From contig JBBQFG010000042.1 of NCBI GenBank assembly GCA_038321765.1, positions 1 through 26,022 on the forward strand: a stretch of DNA of 26,022 bases, given 5' to 3'. This document shows, piece by piece, positions 25,313 through 26,022 of the stretch. The DNA comes from Elainellales cyanobacterium (GTDB lineage Bacteria > Cyanobacteriota > Cyanobacteriia > Elainellales > Elainellaceae). Made by a program: the position numbers and the translations under genes. The notes below the pieces were generated by a model. It did not search any database and was not told where the DNA came from. It was given only the letters and a program-made list of their open reading frames with translations. Positions within the stretch are counted from its first letter, which is position 1. Each line of letters opens with the position of its first letter.

Positions 25313-25458
25313 AAAACGGGTATGAGGGAATAAAGACAGCGGACGTGGCCTAATCTACACCCTACACCGTTTACCACTGCCTTTTACGTTCCGTTGTGAA
25401 TCTGACACCTGTTTCTCAAAACCCAGGAACAGATGAGAGTAGCTCTAAACGCACGTAC

Positions 25459-25530
25459 ATGGGCGTAATTAAACCTAAAACCCTAAAAGTCTGTGCCGCC
25501 CGCGCAGCGGGCGACACAGACTTTTAGAAG
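25459..25530 (+). mobile_element. MITE family A copy A9, truncated (left end + hairpin only)
   Basis: 'atgggcgtaattaaacctaaaaccctaaaagtctgtgccgcccgc-gcag-cgggcgacacagacttttag'. It lacks the 'tatttaggttgaactactta' end. Confidence 0.65.
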
Positions 25531-25555
25531 CTTGCATCGATCGCCAGTCCTTTCT

Positions 25556-25798
25556 CTAGTCGGAGAGAATGCCGTCTTTTTTGATCTTACGATCGAGCCG
25601 TTCTAAGATGAGGCGCTGCCAGTTGGGGCGATCTTTCAGCTTTTCTAGTTCTTTGGGCTGGGTTGTTTCCAAGAAGCGCTAGAACTTATCGCGATCGATG
25701 GCAAACTCGCGATCGAAGTCAGCCGGGTTGCCTTTTTCATAGCGAGAAGCTTCCACCAACGATCGCTCTATACAGTTTTTGAGGGCTTGTTCGTTAAG
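25556..25798 (-). pseudogene. remnant of a type I restriction enzyme R-subunit (HsdR) N-terminal region; no start codon, internal TAG at 25679-25681, ends after 81 codons
   Basis: The minus-strand translation is 'LNEQALKNCIERSLVEASRYEKGNPADFDREFAIDRDKF*RFLETTQPKELEKLKDRPNWQRLILERLDRKIKKDGILSD*'. The 'FLETTQPKELEKL', 'W.R...E.LD' and 'DGIL' patterns recall HsdR N-termini (EcoR124I-like). The ORF is bounded by MITE copies A9 and A10, and the upstream frame runs into a stop inside A10. Confidence 0.4.
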
Positions 25799-25893
25799 TA
25801 GTTCAACCTAAAAAAACCAAATTCCAAAACCCTGCACCGCCCGCTGTGCTAGCGGTGCAGGGTTTTAGAATCTTATATTTAATGTAACTACTC
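25795..25893 (-). mobile_element. MITE family A copy A10 (inverted, diverged; stem variant cac/gtg)
   Basis: 'TAagtagttcaacctaaaaaaaccaaattccaaaaccctgcaccgcccgc-tgtgct-agcggtgcagggttttagaatcttatatttaatgtaactact'. Confidence 0.75.
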
Positions 25894-26022
25894 AGCCTTA
25901 AAAAAATAAGCTGATTTCGAGGCAAGACACTCGACATTGTGTAAGGTATGCATCAAGTCGTTCATTGAGCGAAGTTCGAGATTTGAAACCATCAACACGT
26001 ATATCAATTAGTCGAGATGAAA

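Noticed and set aside
784-25893. CRISPR array
   Set aside because: The repeats are dispersed kilobases apart and vary in orientation. They are internally palindromic with terminal inverted repeats and TA flanks, and the intervening sequences are genes. No regular repeat-spacer periodicity is present.

Overview
The window looks like a cyanobacterial chromosomal segment: about 50% GC and crowded with HIP1 octamers (GCGATCGC). It carries about 25 protein-coding genes, most of them ordinary housekeeping genes on both strands. Those I recognise with reasonable confidence are two adjacent half-size UPF0016/GDT1-type (ExGDK motif) membrane transporter genes, a MocR/GntR-aminotransferase regulator, an LptC/OstA-like lipoprotein, a NYN/LabA-like protein, methionyl-tRNA synthetase (metG), YbaK deacylase, a sugar-type ABC permease, precorrin-6A reductase (cobK), ureG and ureE, a flotillin/SPFH protein, a DUF1565 beta-helix plus SPOR protein, an NdhS-like small protein, a chorismate-lyase-like protein, an S1C (HtrA-like) protease with PPC-like C-terminal domains, and a TolB-like beta-propeller. 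Several cyanobacterial hypothetical proteins fill the gaps. I found no tRNA or rRNA genes and no CRISPR array. The striking property is the non-coding fraction. Almost every intergenic space holds one or more copies of at least four families of hairpin-forming miniature repeats, which I call A, B, C and D (about 18 copies in 26 kb). Family A (10 copies, about 107 bp) and family D are flanked by TA duplications, and one family A copy sits inside a family B copy such that the empty site can be reconstructed. The stems vary between copies through compensatory changes that preserve base-pairing. A pair of about 250-bp composite repeats (D plus A) lies in inverted orientation about 20 kb apart. Two MITE copies bracket an 81-codon remnant of a type I restriction R-subunit N-terminus with an internal stop. 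Several long perfect palindromes are not explained by genes. I do not see a convincing multi-gene novel system such as a defence operon. The novelty here is the MITE network and the structured palindromic elements.
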